From: a virus
Length of the DNA: 64,000 nt
Direction: 5' to 3' (one strand)
Virus record (IMG/VR): IMGVR_UViG_3300047562_004403
Span: 15,817-79,816 of that record
Below, in pieces: positions 48,117 to 58,045 of the stretch (within the stretch, counting starts at the first letter, position 1; every line of letters begins with the position of its first letter). The position numbers were made by a program, and so were the translations under genes. The notes under the pieces were generated by a model. That model made no database searches. It was not told where the DNA came from and saw only the letters and a list, made by a program, of their open reading frames with translations.

Positions 48117-49961
48117 ATGCCAGAATCTAAAAACCAAGGGCATTCTTCGGCCAAAGAAACTATGGCCTCTGATGCAATTGGTCCGTCTAAGATGTACAAA
48201 AAAATCTTGGCTTGGGCTGAGAACAGAGGTTATTATCTCCGATTTAATTACGACGCTAAACTAACCGGTTATCACTCACTCTACGAAGAGCATAACCCAG
48301 GCAAAGATCTCCTTGCGCCTAAATCTGTAAAGTTTCCGGAATGGTTTCAATTTCTTGTCCCAGCATCAGAAATCCGCCTTGAAACAGCTCAAGAGACAAT
48401 TCTCGACGAGGATGTTCTTCATGAACTCTCTGCTGATGAGCAGGAATTTGCTATTCCGCTTTTTGTATATCGTTCAGGGCGTAGTAGTGAAATCACTGAC
48501 CATGTGCTTGGCGTAGAAAACCTTAAAGCCATGAGACATAAAAAACTTGGCGGAGGACAATATCAACTTGGCATTGCCCACTCCCCGGCTACTATGCAAG
48601 GTTGTAAAAATGCGGTGAGAGAGACTTATGCCTATATTCCCGAAAAAGCCTGGTTTTCGGAAGAGCTCCAAATGTTAGGATTTGAAGACATTATTCGTGT
48701 TTTTCCCTATCACGAGGCGCAAATGATGAAACTCATCATCGGCAGGGCTTGTGTTGGTCGAACTGGTGTAGTTCATCCTGGCACCCATAAGATCCTCGAG
48801 CACGGATTTCGTAAAGCTGGCGTGGTGATTGGAGAACCAGGAGTGGGTAAGACTCTGACGCTAAACGGAATTCTCAACGCTATGAAATATGTCGGGTATG
48901 ATGTAACATCTATGGGAGACTTCGGATCCCGATTCAATCAGGGTAGCGTGGTAACCTCCCATCTTGCCTATAACGACGATCTTACTCTCGATAGTCTTGA
49001 GAGAATGCTTAAAGCCCATAGTTTTAAATCCGTGGTCACAGGTGGATGTGAACGCGTAGAGAATAAGGGCGTTGATTCCATCGAGGTGGTCGCCAATACC
49101 GTGATTTTGGCAAATTGCAATGAATGGCGTCCGGAAATTACATATAATTTAGACAGTGGGGCAATTAGTCGAATGGCGCCCATCTCTACATATCGACTTT
49201 TTGAACTCGAGGAGATAAGCAAAAAAGAAGGCCATGACGTCCATCCAGGTTCCCACATCAAGTGGCTCTGTGAAAAGTACAATACCGACCCCATGTCACT
49301 CTACCTCAGAGTGCTTCGTGACTGCACTGACTTCTTCTTATCTTATTGCAAGAAGGACAAAGATGTTCATTTTTACTCGGAGAATCTTATGCCATATCTC
49401 CGAATCCAACTCCATAAAAACTCACTTGAATGTTTTATTAGGTTCGGATTTTTGGCCTATGCAATTCGCCAATCCAATCTCCAAGGTGATTGGTTGCCTG
49501 AACTTACGCTCAATAGCATGGCCGACTTACTCAATCATGTAAGGTTTTTGATGATTGATAAGAGGGCGGATTCTTTCCGCACTATGCTTAAAAAAGACTG
49601 GGAGGAAAGAAACCGGGAATCTTCTCATCCATATTGGGCTCAAAGAAAAATGCTTATTACAAGCGTGGATAAAGCTTATGAGGTTTTTAATACGTTCAAA
49701 GCCGACCGAGATGTAGCAATTGCTACCGAAAATGCTTTTGAGGTATTAAGACTTCGGGACGGATTCTCTATGGGACGTAAAATGTCATACATTGTTCGCA
49801 CTTGGGAAACCATTAAAGGAGAAAAGTCAAAAATTTACGCCCTCGCTTCAGATATTGTAGATAAATTATCCGAAGAAGAACAAGAGTTGGTGTTAGATTC
49901 CTCTCTTCGCACAGACTCATCTTGGATTTATGATTCATCATATGATCCTACCTCTGTATAA
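48117..49961 (+). CDS. D5-like/SF3 replicative helicase-type ATPase
   Basis: GEPGVGKT Walker A, YNDD Walker B, FKSVVTGG...ENKG, ANCN motif C, AISR arginine finger. Confidence 0.75.
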   Translation: MPESKNQGHSSAKETMASDAIGPSKMYKKILAWAENRGYYLRFNYDAKLTGYHSLYEEHNPGKDLLAPKSVKFPEWFQFLVPASEIRLETAQETILDEDVLHELSADEQEFAIPLFVYRSGRSSEITDHVLGVENLKAMRHKKLGGGQYQLGIAHSPATMQGCKNAVRETYAYIPEKAWFSEELQMLGFEDIIRVFPYHEAQMMKLIIGRACVGRTGVVHPGTHKILEHGFRKAGVVIGEPGVGKTLTLNGILNAMKYVGYDVTSMGDFGSRFNQGSVVTSHLAYNDDLTLDSLERMLKAHSFKSVVTGGCERVENKGVDSIEVVANTVILANCNEWRPEITYNLDSGAISRMAPISTYRLFELEEISKKEGHDVHPGSHIKWLCEKYNTDPMSLYLRVLRDCTDFFLSYCKKDKDVHFYSENLMPYLRIQLHKNSLECFIRFGFLAYAIRQSNLQGDWLPELTLNSMADLLNHVRFLMIDKRADSFRTMLKKDWEERNRESSHPYWAQRKMLITSVDKAYEVFNTFKADRDVAIATENAFEVLRLRDGFSMGRKMSYIVRTWETIKGEKSKIYALASDIVDKLSEEEQELVLDSSLRTDSSWIYDSSYDPTSV

Positions 49962-50008
49962 TTATTTATTATCTCTATACCATCCACTTCACACATTGTC
50001 ACAAAACT

Positions 50009-51025
50009 ATGCCCATTCCCCAAGCTAAAAATGTGAAGGGGGTCCAAGCCTTAATTTCTCTGGATTATGAGCAATGGAACCACAAACCCTCTAGTAAACT
50101 CCAATACAAAACCCAAGTCGATAAATTTGGTAACCCCCGCTCGGAGGTAAGAGTAATTGGCGCCCGTCTCGGTTCTGAAATTGAGAAAGTCACTCCTACG
50201 TCTCTTGCTCGATTTGTCTCTCGTGGACAGACCTGGAGCCCTTTTGTGTTCCACGAGTGTCCGCAATGGAAACGCCCGCGACGTATCGAGGCACTTTTTA
50301 AGAGTTGCCAGGTAATGGCGTTGGATTTTGATAATGGAGAGAGCGTAGAAACTATCATAACCCAAGCGAAGAAACTTGGTTTTCAATTCAATCTCATCCA
50401 CCATTCATTCTCAAGTACTCCCGACCATCCAAAACTCCGAGGGATTTTGTTTGTTGAGAAAGAAATTACGGACTTTGAGAAGGCTCGTCTCTATTCCACG
50501 GCTTTAGCCCATGCTTTTGAAGGGGCGGATAAGCAATGCATTGATGTTGCCAGGCTTTATTTTGGCTCACGTGCCGATTCCATCGTCAGCGTGAGTTCCG
50601 ACTCAGGGGTGAAAATGGCAGTACTTGAGGAGATTGCAAAATCTACAGATGCCGAAAAATTTCTTGTAAAGGGAGATCGTAATGTTTCTAAACCTGATAA
50701 CACCGAGTGGGGTGATGCTAAAGTTCAGAGAGCCTTGCTTGCCGGACTATCCGCCTCCAAGAGAGCTTATGTCAAACGCAAAGTCCTAGGGATTCTCAAA
50801 GACGTTGAGACTTTCGATGGTTCTAAGGGCTCCAGGTATGAATGTGTATGGCGTAGTGCAAGCAGATTATCACGCATGCCGGAGGTTGTAGGAAGTGCAG
50901 TGTATCAATGGATGCTAGAATCTATTGAAAAAAATTCGTATTTTGCAGATTGGGATTGGGACGCAAAAACTGTTGTGATGAGCGCCATTGAATGGAGCAG
51001 TAGTCACGCAGATGATCCGGTTTAA
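50009..51025 (+). CDS. AEP/PrimPol-type primase
   Basis: ALDFDNG, HSFSS....PKLR, D....D.ARLYFG motifs; helical C-terminal domain. Confidence 0.75.
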   Translation: MPIPQAKNVKGVQALISLDYEQWNHKPSSKLQYKTQVDKFGNPRSEVRVIGARLGSEIEKVTPTSLARFVSRGQTWSPFVFHECPQWKRPRRIEALFKSCQVMALDFDNGESVETIITQAKKLGFQFNLIHHSFSSTPDHPKLRGILFVEKEITDFEKARLYSTALAHAFEGADKQCIDVARLYFGSRADSIVSVSSDSGVKMAVLEEIAKSTDAEKFLVKGDRNVSKPDNTEWGDAKVQRALLAGLSASKRAYVKRKVLGILKDVETFDGSKGSRYECVWRSASRLSRMPEVVGSAVYQWMLESIEKNSYFADWDWDAKTVVMSAIEWSSSHADDPV

Positions 51026-51048
51026 GATTAAAGATACTAAAAAATCTA

Positions 51049-51303
51049 ATGCCGGACATTTCAACATATTCATTTTCAGACTCTATTAAACTTGGCAAGG
51101 AAGCCTTTCCGGTCGGTAGTGAACTTTACAATACATATAATACCTCTATTATGGAGGGAAACTTTGCACCAGATAATAGTCTAAAGGGGTTTGATATTTC
51201 TTCTGCTTTTACTCTTCCCCCAGGAACTATAAATACTTCGGGATCAAATACTGAGAGTGAGAGTAAAGTTTCTACTGGCCCTTATATTTGGAAATATCAA
51301 TGA
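51049..51303 (+). CDS. Hypothetical protein
   Basis: 84-aa ORF with GATTAAAG variant upstream. Confidence 0.5.
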   Translation: MPDISTYSFSDSIKLGKEAFPVGSELYNTYNTSIMEGNFAPDNSLKGFDISSAFTLPPGTINTSGSNTESESKVSTGPYIWKYQ

Positions 51304-51312
51304 CAAATTAGA

Positions 51313-51320
51313 GTTTAAAG
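51313..51320 (+). promoter_or_regulatory. Putative late promoter element GTTTAAAG
   Basis: Exact motif upstream of the tail operon starting at 51351. Confidence 0.6.
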
Positions 51321-51350
51321 ACTCAATATATTGTCAAAAGGCAAAATCCA

Positions 51351-53054
51351 ATGCCCGGAAGAGAAGAACTCATCCAACAAAATATTGCCCGGGCCCGAGC
51401 CAAATCTCAAACTCCTCAGGAGCAAGAAAACGCGGGGCAAACTGGATCAGCATCGTCCGGTGGAAGCGCGCCACGTAGTTTTCTTGGCGGAAATAGAGAC
51501 GTATACGAGTCATTAATAAAAATAGAATTTCAAGGAATCCCCGGAGATGGTTCTATGCGCGGGAATACCGCGTATATAAGAGTTTGGGAAAGAGCAGAGG
51601 TAGCCGAAAAAACTTCAAATAAGGCATCAGCCCCTAGTTTTTACGATGATAAATGGGCAGAATTAACAAATAATCTCTGGAATACTGAAACCCCTCTTCA
51701 GTTCTCATCCGAAGCAGGAAAAAATTTAACAACATATTTTGATCCCGATCAATTTAAAAATATTTCTGTTCCAGAGTTTCAAGTTTTTCCCTCTGGAACA
51801 TTTTCATTTAACGAACAACTTGCATCTGCTCAAAGAGCAACGCAGGAGAATCTTTCAGGTACTATTCCTACAACGGATCCGGTAGAGTCTTCGCAAAAAA
51901 CAACATCGGCAACCACTCCTCCATCCTCGACCTCCAGAACTCCTTTTACTTCATCATTATCTGATACGATGGGATCGGTGCAATCTGCAAATCCCGGCGA
52001 CCAAACAACCGGAGGGAATAATTCCACTTCGGGAACAGGGAAGATGATGTGGCAGTTTCTCTTCAACCCCTCGGAATTAGAATTGGAAACAGGACCAGAA
52101 TTTAAAAATGCTGAAACGTGGGGAGTGAGCGATAAGGCCAATTCCGGACAACCATTACATTGGAGCCATAATAAAAACACTCTACTTAAATTCAATTCTG
52201 TACTGCTCAACGGATTTGTATTTGGACGTAAAGTAGAATCTTTAGAGCAAGGAATTATCGAGCTTTTTATGTCTCGTGATGGAGACGGACAACATGGCCC
52301 TCATGTTCTTGAGTTTGTATGGGGTAAAAGAGTGTTTGGGCCATGCGTGATTAAGAATATAAATATCAAGGAGAAGATGTGGGATGAGGGTGAGGTTGTA
52401 AATGCTGAACTCTCATTTACGCTTGAGCAGGTGCCTGAGTGGACAATTAATGATGGCTTTGTGGATGTTGCTAGGCCTGGCCGCCTGGCCACTGAGGGCG
52501 ATTCCACAAAACCTGGTAGTTCGGCTTCTAATCCGGCAGGTAATACAGATCCGAATGGAGGAAATTCGAACCCCGGCGGTGGACAAAGTCCCGACCAAAA
52601 ATCTAAAACCCCGCAAACCCAGGAAGATTTTGTAGGATGTAAAAATCTACAACAATTACAACTAAACGCAAAAGCTTTTAATCCTATTCCGGGGACTTAT
52701 TATTCTGCGCCTTCAGCATTTTCTTTCGGGGGATTTTCAGGAGATAGAGTATATAGATCTAATTTTGATACAAACTACGCCCGATATAATGATTTTGTTA
52801 GGAAAGGAAATAATATAGGAGTAACGGTTTCTGGTAAATGCGTTACAGGGACAATTAAAAAAGCATATCAGGACGCCGCGTTTTATCAGGGTAAACCTAG
52901 AGATAATTCAACTGTAGAAAGAGCGGACAAAAATGCTGCATCAACCATGAATAGTTGTGCTGAAGAATTAGGAAAAAAAGCGGGAAATTTTTATGTACAA
53001 AAGGGTTGTAGGCGTTTCCAAGCTAATCGCAATAGCAGCACAGAAAGAATATAA
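51351..53054 (+). CDS. Contractile tail tube-initiator / CIS tube-like protein
   Basis: FLFNPSEL...LEFVWG...CVIKNINIKEKMWD.G....AELSFTLEQ. Confidence 0.7.
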   Translation: MPGREELIQQNIARARAKSQTPQEQENAGQTGSASSGGSAPRSFLGGNRDVYESLIKIEFQGIPGDGSMRGNTAYIRVWERAEVAEKTSNKASAPSFYDDKWAELTNNLWNTETPLQFSSEAGKNLTTYFDPDQFKNISVPEFQVFPSGTFSFNEQLASAQRATQENLSGTIPTTDPVESSQKTTSATTPPSSTSRTPFTSSLSDTMGSVQSANPGDQTTGGNNSTSGTGKMMWQFLFNPSELELETGPEFKNAETWGVSDKANSGQPLHWSHNKNTLLKFNSVLLNGFVFGRKVESLEQGIIELFMSRDGDGQHGPHVLEFVWGKRVFGPCVIKNINIKEKMWDEGEVVNAELSFTLEQVPEWTINDGFVDVARPGRLATEGDSTKPGSSASNPAGNTDPNGGNSNPGGGQSPDQKSKTPQTQEDFVGCKNLQQLQLNAKAFNPIPGTYYSAPSAFSFGGFSGDRVYRSNFDTNYARYNDFVRKGNNIGVTVSGKCVTGTIKKAYQDAAFYQGKPRDNSTVERADKNAASTMNSCAEELGKKAGNFYVQKGCRRFQANRNSSTERI

Positions 53055-53059
53055 TATAT

Positions 53060-56026
53060 ATGGCAACATCCTCAGTTATTTTAAATATAAAAGCTAATAC
53101 AGATCGCGCTCTTAGCGACTTTAAAAAATTTAGTGCGCAATTAGATAATAAGTTTTTAATGAGTGGGCTTAAGCTCGATGTAGTTCGTAGCGCGCTTGGA
53201 CAAATTAACAGAGAATTCCAAAAAGCCATCGGAGAACAGGGCCTTCAGGCCGGACAATCACTCAGAGCCGCTCAAAACCAAGTTGCGTTATTAAGCCAAA
53301 CATTTAAAGGATTTTCGTCGTCAGCGTCTTTGGATATGGCGACGCAATTCTCCACGGCGTTCAGTGAAATAGCAGTAAAAGCTGGAGGAACGGCTAAAGA
53401 TATTCAGAAAGCACTTGCAGCAACTCCGTTCATCTCTACGAATCTCTCCGAGGATATGCGTAAGGCCCTGAGCGAGGGTCTTCTTAACTTCCAGAGAGAT
53501 TTTCGTCGCGCTGGTTTAAGTGAAGACTTTGGTGGAATTGCTCGTCAGTTTTTAATGGGGCAACTAACTGCCGAGCAGATGATAAATTCTGGAGATGCTG
53601 CTCAATCATTTCTTGGAAATCAATTAGTTAAATCCACGGGGCAAATGGGATTAATAACTAATGCCCAACAAAGATCCGAAGCTATTCTCAAATTAGTTCA
53701 AGACCCAGCATTTGTCAAACAATTAAGCGAAATGGCCAGAAGGGCCTATGGATTTAGAGCAATTATTGAGGATCTAAATACTAGGCTTTTTAATCCAGAA
53801 AAGGGGGTTTTTGGCGCGTTACGCCAAGTCACTATGTCCGTTGGTGACAAAACAACAATCTTCGATGAGACAGAAAAACTAATAAATTCCGTATTTGGTC
53901 GCCAGGGATTTTTTGTAAATTTCTTTAAGCAAATTGGCAAAATTTTTGGCATTGAAGACCCCCTTAAAGTAATTATTATTGGCATTAGATTTATTACTCG
54001 CCAATTTGACAAACTCAATAAGTTTATTCAGGATCCGGCTTTTCAAAATATCGTACAACTAATCCAAGGGACTTTTACTAACGTTAAAAACTTTTTTACA
54101 ACTCTTGGCGAGCAGATAGAATCTGGAAATTTTGAACCAGAGCCTATTAAGGCCCAAATTCAAGCAGTTGGTAAAGGAATAAGGGACTTTTTCAAAAAAA
54201 TAGGTGATGCGATTAGGGGCACGAATATTTCTGAAGGTGCTGAAGAAGGCGCATCGATTTTAAGTACCATAGTAGATGAGTTAGGAACAACAATTATCTC
54301 ATTCTTTAAAGAAATAGGTGGCGCTTTATTAGAAAAAGCTGGGACAATTGCAGGAAAACTAATAGAGGTGCTTCCTGGTACTATTGCTAAGCTTTTTGGA
54401 TCATTGTTTACAGAAGGGGGGATAATCGGCAAGGCAATAGGTGCGGCTATAGCAATTCGCTTGGGAGTTGCGGGACTTAGAACAGCTGGATCGGTTCGTC
54501 AACTTGCTACTGGGCCTGGTGGAGTCGGAGGGGCGGTTAATAGATTTTTAAATAAACCTTTCGGTCCTTTTGGCAAACCTAAATCTGAATCTCCAGAAGG
54601 CGAGGGACTTGCTAGTAAATTAGGTACTACACAGAATTTCTATCGTCAGGTTATTTTTTACTTATCACGTATTGCAGACTGTGTATGTGGAACAACCGCC
54701 GTTGATGAGCGCAGAAGAAGGATTAAGCAACGTCGTGGACCTGATGGTCCGCGCCGTACTCCGGAACAGAGGTTTTATGACCCAGATGAGGGTGTTCTAG
54801 ATGCTCCTAGAGAAAGAGGAGAAAGAGTAGGACGTGATGGAAGAACGTCTAGACAGCGTGCTTTAGATATGAGAAGAAGGCGCAGAGGAGGCGGATTCTT
54901 TGAGGGATTTAAAAGAAGAACAAGAAATTCTATTAGTAGATTCGGGAATTTGGGATTTGAGGTTTTAGCGGGATTGGAGGGGGATGATGATTATGATCTG
55001 ATGGATGCAGATGATCTGATGGATGCAGATGTTCCTAGAAGAGGAGAAAGAGTAGGACGTGATGGAAGAACGTCTAGACAACGTGCTTTGGATATGAGAA
55101 GAAGGCGTAGCGGAGGAGGATTCTTTAGTAAGATACCTAAAATACCCGGAAAGATAAAAGGGCTTGGAATAGCCGGAGCTCTTATGGCCGGATTTACTCT
55201 CATGGATCTTTTTAATAACAAAGCTGGAGCCACTGAAATAGACCCAGTAACTGGAGAACAAAAAAAGCAAGAAGAATCCCAAAGAAAAACACAAATAGGT
55301 ACCGAACTTTTTGGATTGGCCGGCGGAGCGATTGGAGGATCCGTTGGTGCTGCAATTGCTGGGCCTATAGGTGCTATGATTGGGGGCACACTGGGTGATA
55401 CGGCCGGAAGGGCTCTTGCTTCTACGCCATTCATGCAACCAATTACTGAAGCGTTAGGCAAATTTGCGGAGGATAGTATTAAATGGATAGCAAATGCTTG
55501 GGAGAACGGTAAAAAAGCATTAGTAAGAATAGTACAATTTTTTACTACCGATATACCCGGACTCTTTAAAAAAGGACTTGATTTACTTAGCGGTGATCTT
55601 CCGGATAAACTTTTGGAATTTGGCAAAGATTTAGGCAAGTCTATGCTTGATTCTGTTTCTAACTTTAATTTAGGACAAGTACTTCAAAACACCTGGAGTA
55701 ATATAACAAATTTCGTAAAAGGAGGTAATAGAGCAGCGGGTGGTAACGTTCGACGAGATTCAATGTATCTTGTCGGAGAGAGGGGACCGGAACTTTTCCG
55801 CGCCACTGCTGATGGTAACATCACTAATTCAGCCACTCTAAATAATCTTTTGTCTTCTTCGGGTCGTAATAGTTTAACCAATGCCACTTTCAACGTTGTC
55901 ATTAACGTCAATGCTAACAGAGAAGAAGAAGAGATTGCCCGTATACGCCGCGCAGCACTTGACGCCCTTGAAGAAGGTTGGAGAAGTGCCACCGCTGGCA
56001 CAGTAAATAGAGGCACTGTAATATAA
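53060..56026 (+). CDS. Tape measure protein
   Basis: 988 aa helical, Gly/Ala-rich hydrophobic segments, C-terminal RAAGG.V...YLVGERGPELF. Confidence 0.85.
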   Translation: MATSSVILNIKANTDRALSDFKKFSAQLDNKFLMSGLKLDVVRSALGQINREFQKAIGEQGLQAGQSLRAAQNQVALLSQTFKGFSSSASLDMATQFSTAFSEIAVKAGGTAKDIQKALAATPFISTNLSEDMRKALSEGLLNFQRDFRRAGLSEDFGGIARQFLMGQLTAEQMINSGDAAQSFLGNQLVKSTGQMGLITNAQQRSEAILKLVQDPAFVKQLSEMARRAYGFRAIIEDLNTRLFNPEKGVFGALRQVTMSVGDKTTIFDETEKLINSVFGRQGFFVNFFKQIGKIFGIEDPLKVIIIGIRFITRQFDKLNKFIQDPAFQNIVQLIQGTFTNVKNFFTTLGEQIESGNFEPEPIKAQIQAVGKGIRDFFKKIGDAIRGTNISEGAEEGASILSTIVDELGTTIISFFKEIGGALLEKAGTIAGKLIEVLPGTIAKLFGSLFTEGGIIGKAIGAAIAIRLGVAGLRTAGSVRQLATGPGGVGGAVNRFLNKPFGPFGKPKSESPEGEGLASKLGTTQNFYRQVIFYLSRIADCVCGTTAVDERRRRIKQRRGPDGPRRTPEQRFYDPDEGVLDAPRERGERVGRDGRTSRQRALDMRRRRRGGGFFEGFKRRTRNSISRFGNLGFEVLAGLEGDDDYDLMDADDLMDADVPRRGERVGRDGRTSRQRALDMRRRRSGGGFFSKIPKIPGKIKGLGIAGALMAGFTLMDLFNNKAGATEIDPVTGEQKKQEESQRKTQIGTELFGLAGGAIGGSVGAAIAGPIGAMIGGTLGDTAGRALASTPFMQPITEALGKFAEDSIKWIANAWENGKKALVRIVQFFTTDIPGLFKKGLDLLSGDLPDKLLEFGKDLGKSMLDSVSNFNLGQVLQNTWSNITNFVKGGNRAAGGNVRRDSMYLVGERGPELFRATADGNITNSATLNNLLSSSGRNSLTNATFNVVINVNANREEEEIARIRRAALDALEEGWRSATAGTVNRGTVI
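54815..55126 (+). repeat. 87-bp direct repeat (54815-54901, 55040-55126) plus an 18-bp tandem (54993-55028) inside the tape measure gene
   Basis: RGERVGRDGRTSRQRALDMRRRR[RS]GGGFF occurs twice; ATGATCTGATGGATGCAG occurs twice. Confidence 0.9.
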
Positions 56027-56027
56027 C

Positions 56028-56561
56028 ATGGCACAACAATTCGAACAAATAGCCGCTCGTATAGACTCAACAGAGCTCGCCAAAATAAAAAATCAGTTTG
56101 CATTAAGAGAGATAGTAAATGCAGACAGATATGAACTAATTCAGGAGGAGCGTAAAAATCCTCCGTTGAGTGATATCTTTACTTCTTCTAGTCCCGCATC
56201 GCAAATCACCCAGACAACAATGCAGGGCCTCAAATACCCTCTTGAGTTAGATGGTAGAGGAGGGCTTAAGTTATCTGCAAATTATGATAGAATTGGTGAA
56301 CAAATCCGCGAACTACTTGACACAAGAATAGGTGAAAGGGTTTATAGGCCATTTTTTGGTATTTCTGAACTCCTCTTTGAGACTATAGATGAGTCGGCTC
56401 TTGCTCAGTCTATAAGAGCAAAATTATTAGGCTTTCTTCCGGTGCTCACCGAATTAGACGTAAATGTTTCTCTTTCTGAATCTGGCGACGCCCAACTCTT
56501 AATTTTTTATTCCGTAAAAGATAGCGAACCCGCAATGGTCAGATATTCCTTCTCATTATAA
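56028..56561 (+). CDS. Baseplate wedge gp25/GPW-like protein
   Basis: GLKYPL...I..LLDTRIGERVYRPFFG..ELLFE. Confidence 0.9.
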   Translation: MAQQFEQIAARIDSTELAKIKNQFALREIVNADRYELIQEERKNPPLSDIFTSSSPASQITQTTMQGLKYPLELDGRGGLKLSANYDRIGEQIRELLDTRIGERVYRPFFGISELLFETIDESALAQSIRAKLLGFLPVLTELDVNVSLSESGDAQLLIFYSVKDSEPAMVRYSFSL

Positions 56562-56576
56562 TCATACATAGTTTTT

Positions 56577-57008
56577 ATGTCTCGTAAAAAGGTTCACAAA
56601 AATTTTGCCGATTTTGGTGCTGATGCTCAAATCATGATTATTGAGCAACTTCAGCACATAAACCTGGAAAAAATCGGGCCTAAATCTATTGCCCATGTTG
56701 GCAAAACACTTATTTCTCTTGTCAAGTCCTCTAATCAACTCCAGGAGGAGGTAGAAAGCGAAGAAGTACGTGATAATTGGATTATGATTCGCGAACTATC
56801 GCACATCATCCTTGTGGAGATCTTGCAAAAATTCCAAGAACTAAGCGCTCTGGGAGAGATCCCAGAATGGGAAAGAGCAAATGTCCTTACTTTGCTCCAA
56901 GAAATTACCAAAGTTTGCCACGCCGAGGAAAAACGCGACGCTCTCGCCGAAATCAATAGTGGAAAGATAATAGAAGATAGAGTATTAGATGAAATGTTAG
57001 GTATTTGA
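56577..57008 (+). CDS. Hypothetical protein
   Basis: 143-aa helical ORF within the operon. Confidence 0.6.
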   Translation: MSRKKVHKNFADFGADAQIMIIEQLQHINLEKIGPKSIAHVGKTLISLVKSSNQLQEEVESEEVRDNWIMIRELSHIILVEILQKFQELSALGEIPEWERANVLTLLQEITKVCHAEEKRDALAEINSGKIIEDRVLDEMLGI

Positions 57009-57009
57009 T

Positions 57010-57183
57010 ATGATGAACCTAGATCAGGCGCGGGCCGGAGGCGAAGGCATCCTTGGCGCCAAAAAAGATCCTAAAGGCAAGGATAAAAACATTGAGTTGA
57101 AAGAAGAATCCCCAGTTTTTCAAAGTGAGGAGAAAAAACTAAGAATCGCCGTGCCCGACGGTTGGTCCGTTAAGGAGAAGTAA
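57010..57183 (+). CDS. Small PxGW-tagged protein (57 aa, not in ORF track)
   Basis: MMNLDQARAGG...FQSEEKKLRIAVPDGWSVKEK; fills the gap between neighbours exactly. Confidence 0.7.
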   Translation: MMNLDQARAGGEGILGAKKDPKGKDKNIELKEESPVFQSEEKKLRIAVPDGWSVKEK

Positions 57184-57184
57184 A

Positions 57185-57376
57185 ATGCCCCGCGAATGGA
57201 ATACTCCAGCGCGAGAGCCCTGGAATGTTCCTATACATGGTATTTTAAAAGCAATTGATGGTCACGTTTCCGTTTATTTAAAAACCGGAGACCCATGGCA
57301 TTTGCAACAAGCCGAGATGCTTAGGAGATACGTTTCAGACTTAAAGACATGGATACATAAACAAGAAAATACGTAG
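57185..57376 (+). CDS. Conserved cyanophage-type hypothetical protein
   Basis: MPREWNTP.REPWN..IH..LKAID.H; AGGAG RBS. Confidence 0.7.
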   Translation: MPREWNTPAREPWNVPIHGILKAIDGHVSVYLKTGDPWHLQQAEMLRRYVSDLKTWIHKQENT

Positions 57377-57380
57377 TAAT

Positions 57381-57722
57381 ATGTATACTTATAAAATTAA
57401 AAAAGTAAATAGGGTTATTGACGGAGACACTATAGAGGTTCAGATCGACTTGGGGTTTGATATAGTAATAACTCAGAGAGTTAGATTACAAGACATAGAC
57501 GCTCCAGAGGTAAGAACACTTGATCTTGCAGAGAAAAAATTAGGGCTAAAAGCAAAAAAATGGCTAGAAGATAAAATATCTCATTCTCCCAACCTAATCA
57601 TTAAAACTACTAAAGATGATAAATATGGAAGAATATTGGGAACTATTTTTGCAGATGGGGAAACTGTCTCTTTAAATGAGACAATGCTAAACGAAGGCCT
57701 TGTTGATCCCTATCTGGTTTAA
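57381..57722 (+). CDS. Thermonuclease (SNase-like)
   Basis: VIDGDT, RVRL.DIDAPE, DKYGRILG motifs. Confidence 0.92.
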   Translation: MYTYKIKKVNRVIDGDTIEVQIDLGFDIVITQRVRLQDIDAPEVRTLDLAEKKLGLKAKKWLEDKISHSPNLIIKTTKDDKYGRILGTIFADGETVSLNETMLNEGLVDPYLV

Positions 57723-57724
57723 AG
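57717..57724 (+). promoter_or_regulatory. Putative late promoter element GTTTAAAG
   Basis: Exact motif 21 nt before the ATG at 57746, heading the PxGW gene cluster. Confidence 0.6.
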
Positions 57725-57745
57725 TTAACAGAGTAAGTATTAATA

Positions 57746-58036
57746 ATGCCTCTACGAGAAGGATCGTCCGATAAAGTCATTCAGGAAAACATTAAAGCCC
57801 TGCTTGATGGCGATGCGGGTTATGACCCTCCATATAAAGATCCCGCTCGTACTGAATATACACCTGCGCAAGCCGCTGCAATTGCTTACGCTAAAGCCGG
57901 TAAACGTAAACCCAGTGATGAAACTTTGAAGGGTAATAAGCAAACCCAATCTAAAGATACTTCCGATAATTGCGAACAACCCGGACCCATGGTTCCTGAA
58001 GGCTGGAGAATGGTATCTGGCCGCCCTATACAATAG
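57746..58036 (+). CDS. PxGW-tagged small protein (paralogue of next gene)
   Basis: MPLREGSSD..I..NIK...QAAAIA; C-terminal DNCE...VPEGWRM. Confidence 0.7.
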   Translation: MPLREGSSDKVIQENIKALLDGDAGYDPPYKDPARTEYTPAQAAAIAYAKAGKRKPSDETLKGNKQTQSKDTSDNCEQPGPMVPEGWRMVSGRPIQ

Positions 58037-58045
58037 TTTATTCCC

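Noticed and set aside
54815-55126. Repeats as a CRISPR array or DGR template/variable pair
   Set aside because: Only two in-frame copies with mainly synonymous differences; no spacers, no A-specific mutation pattern, and no reverse transcriptase in the window.
56577-57008. Terminase small subunit
   Set aside because: Size and helicity are compatible, but there is no diagnostic motif and it is far from terL; left as hypothetical.
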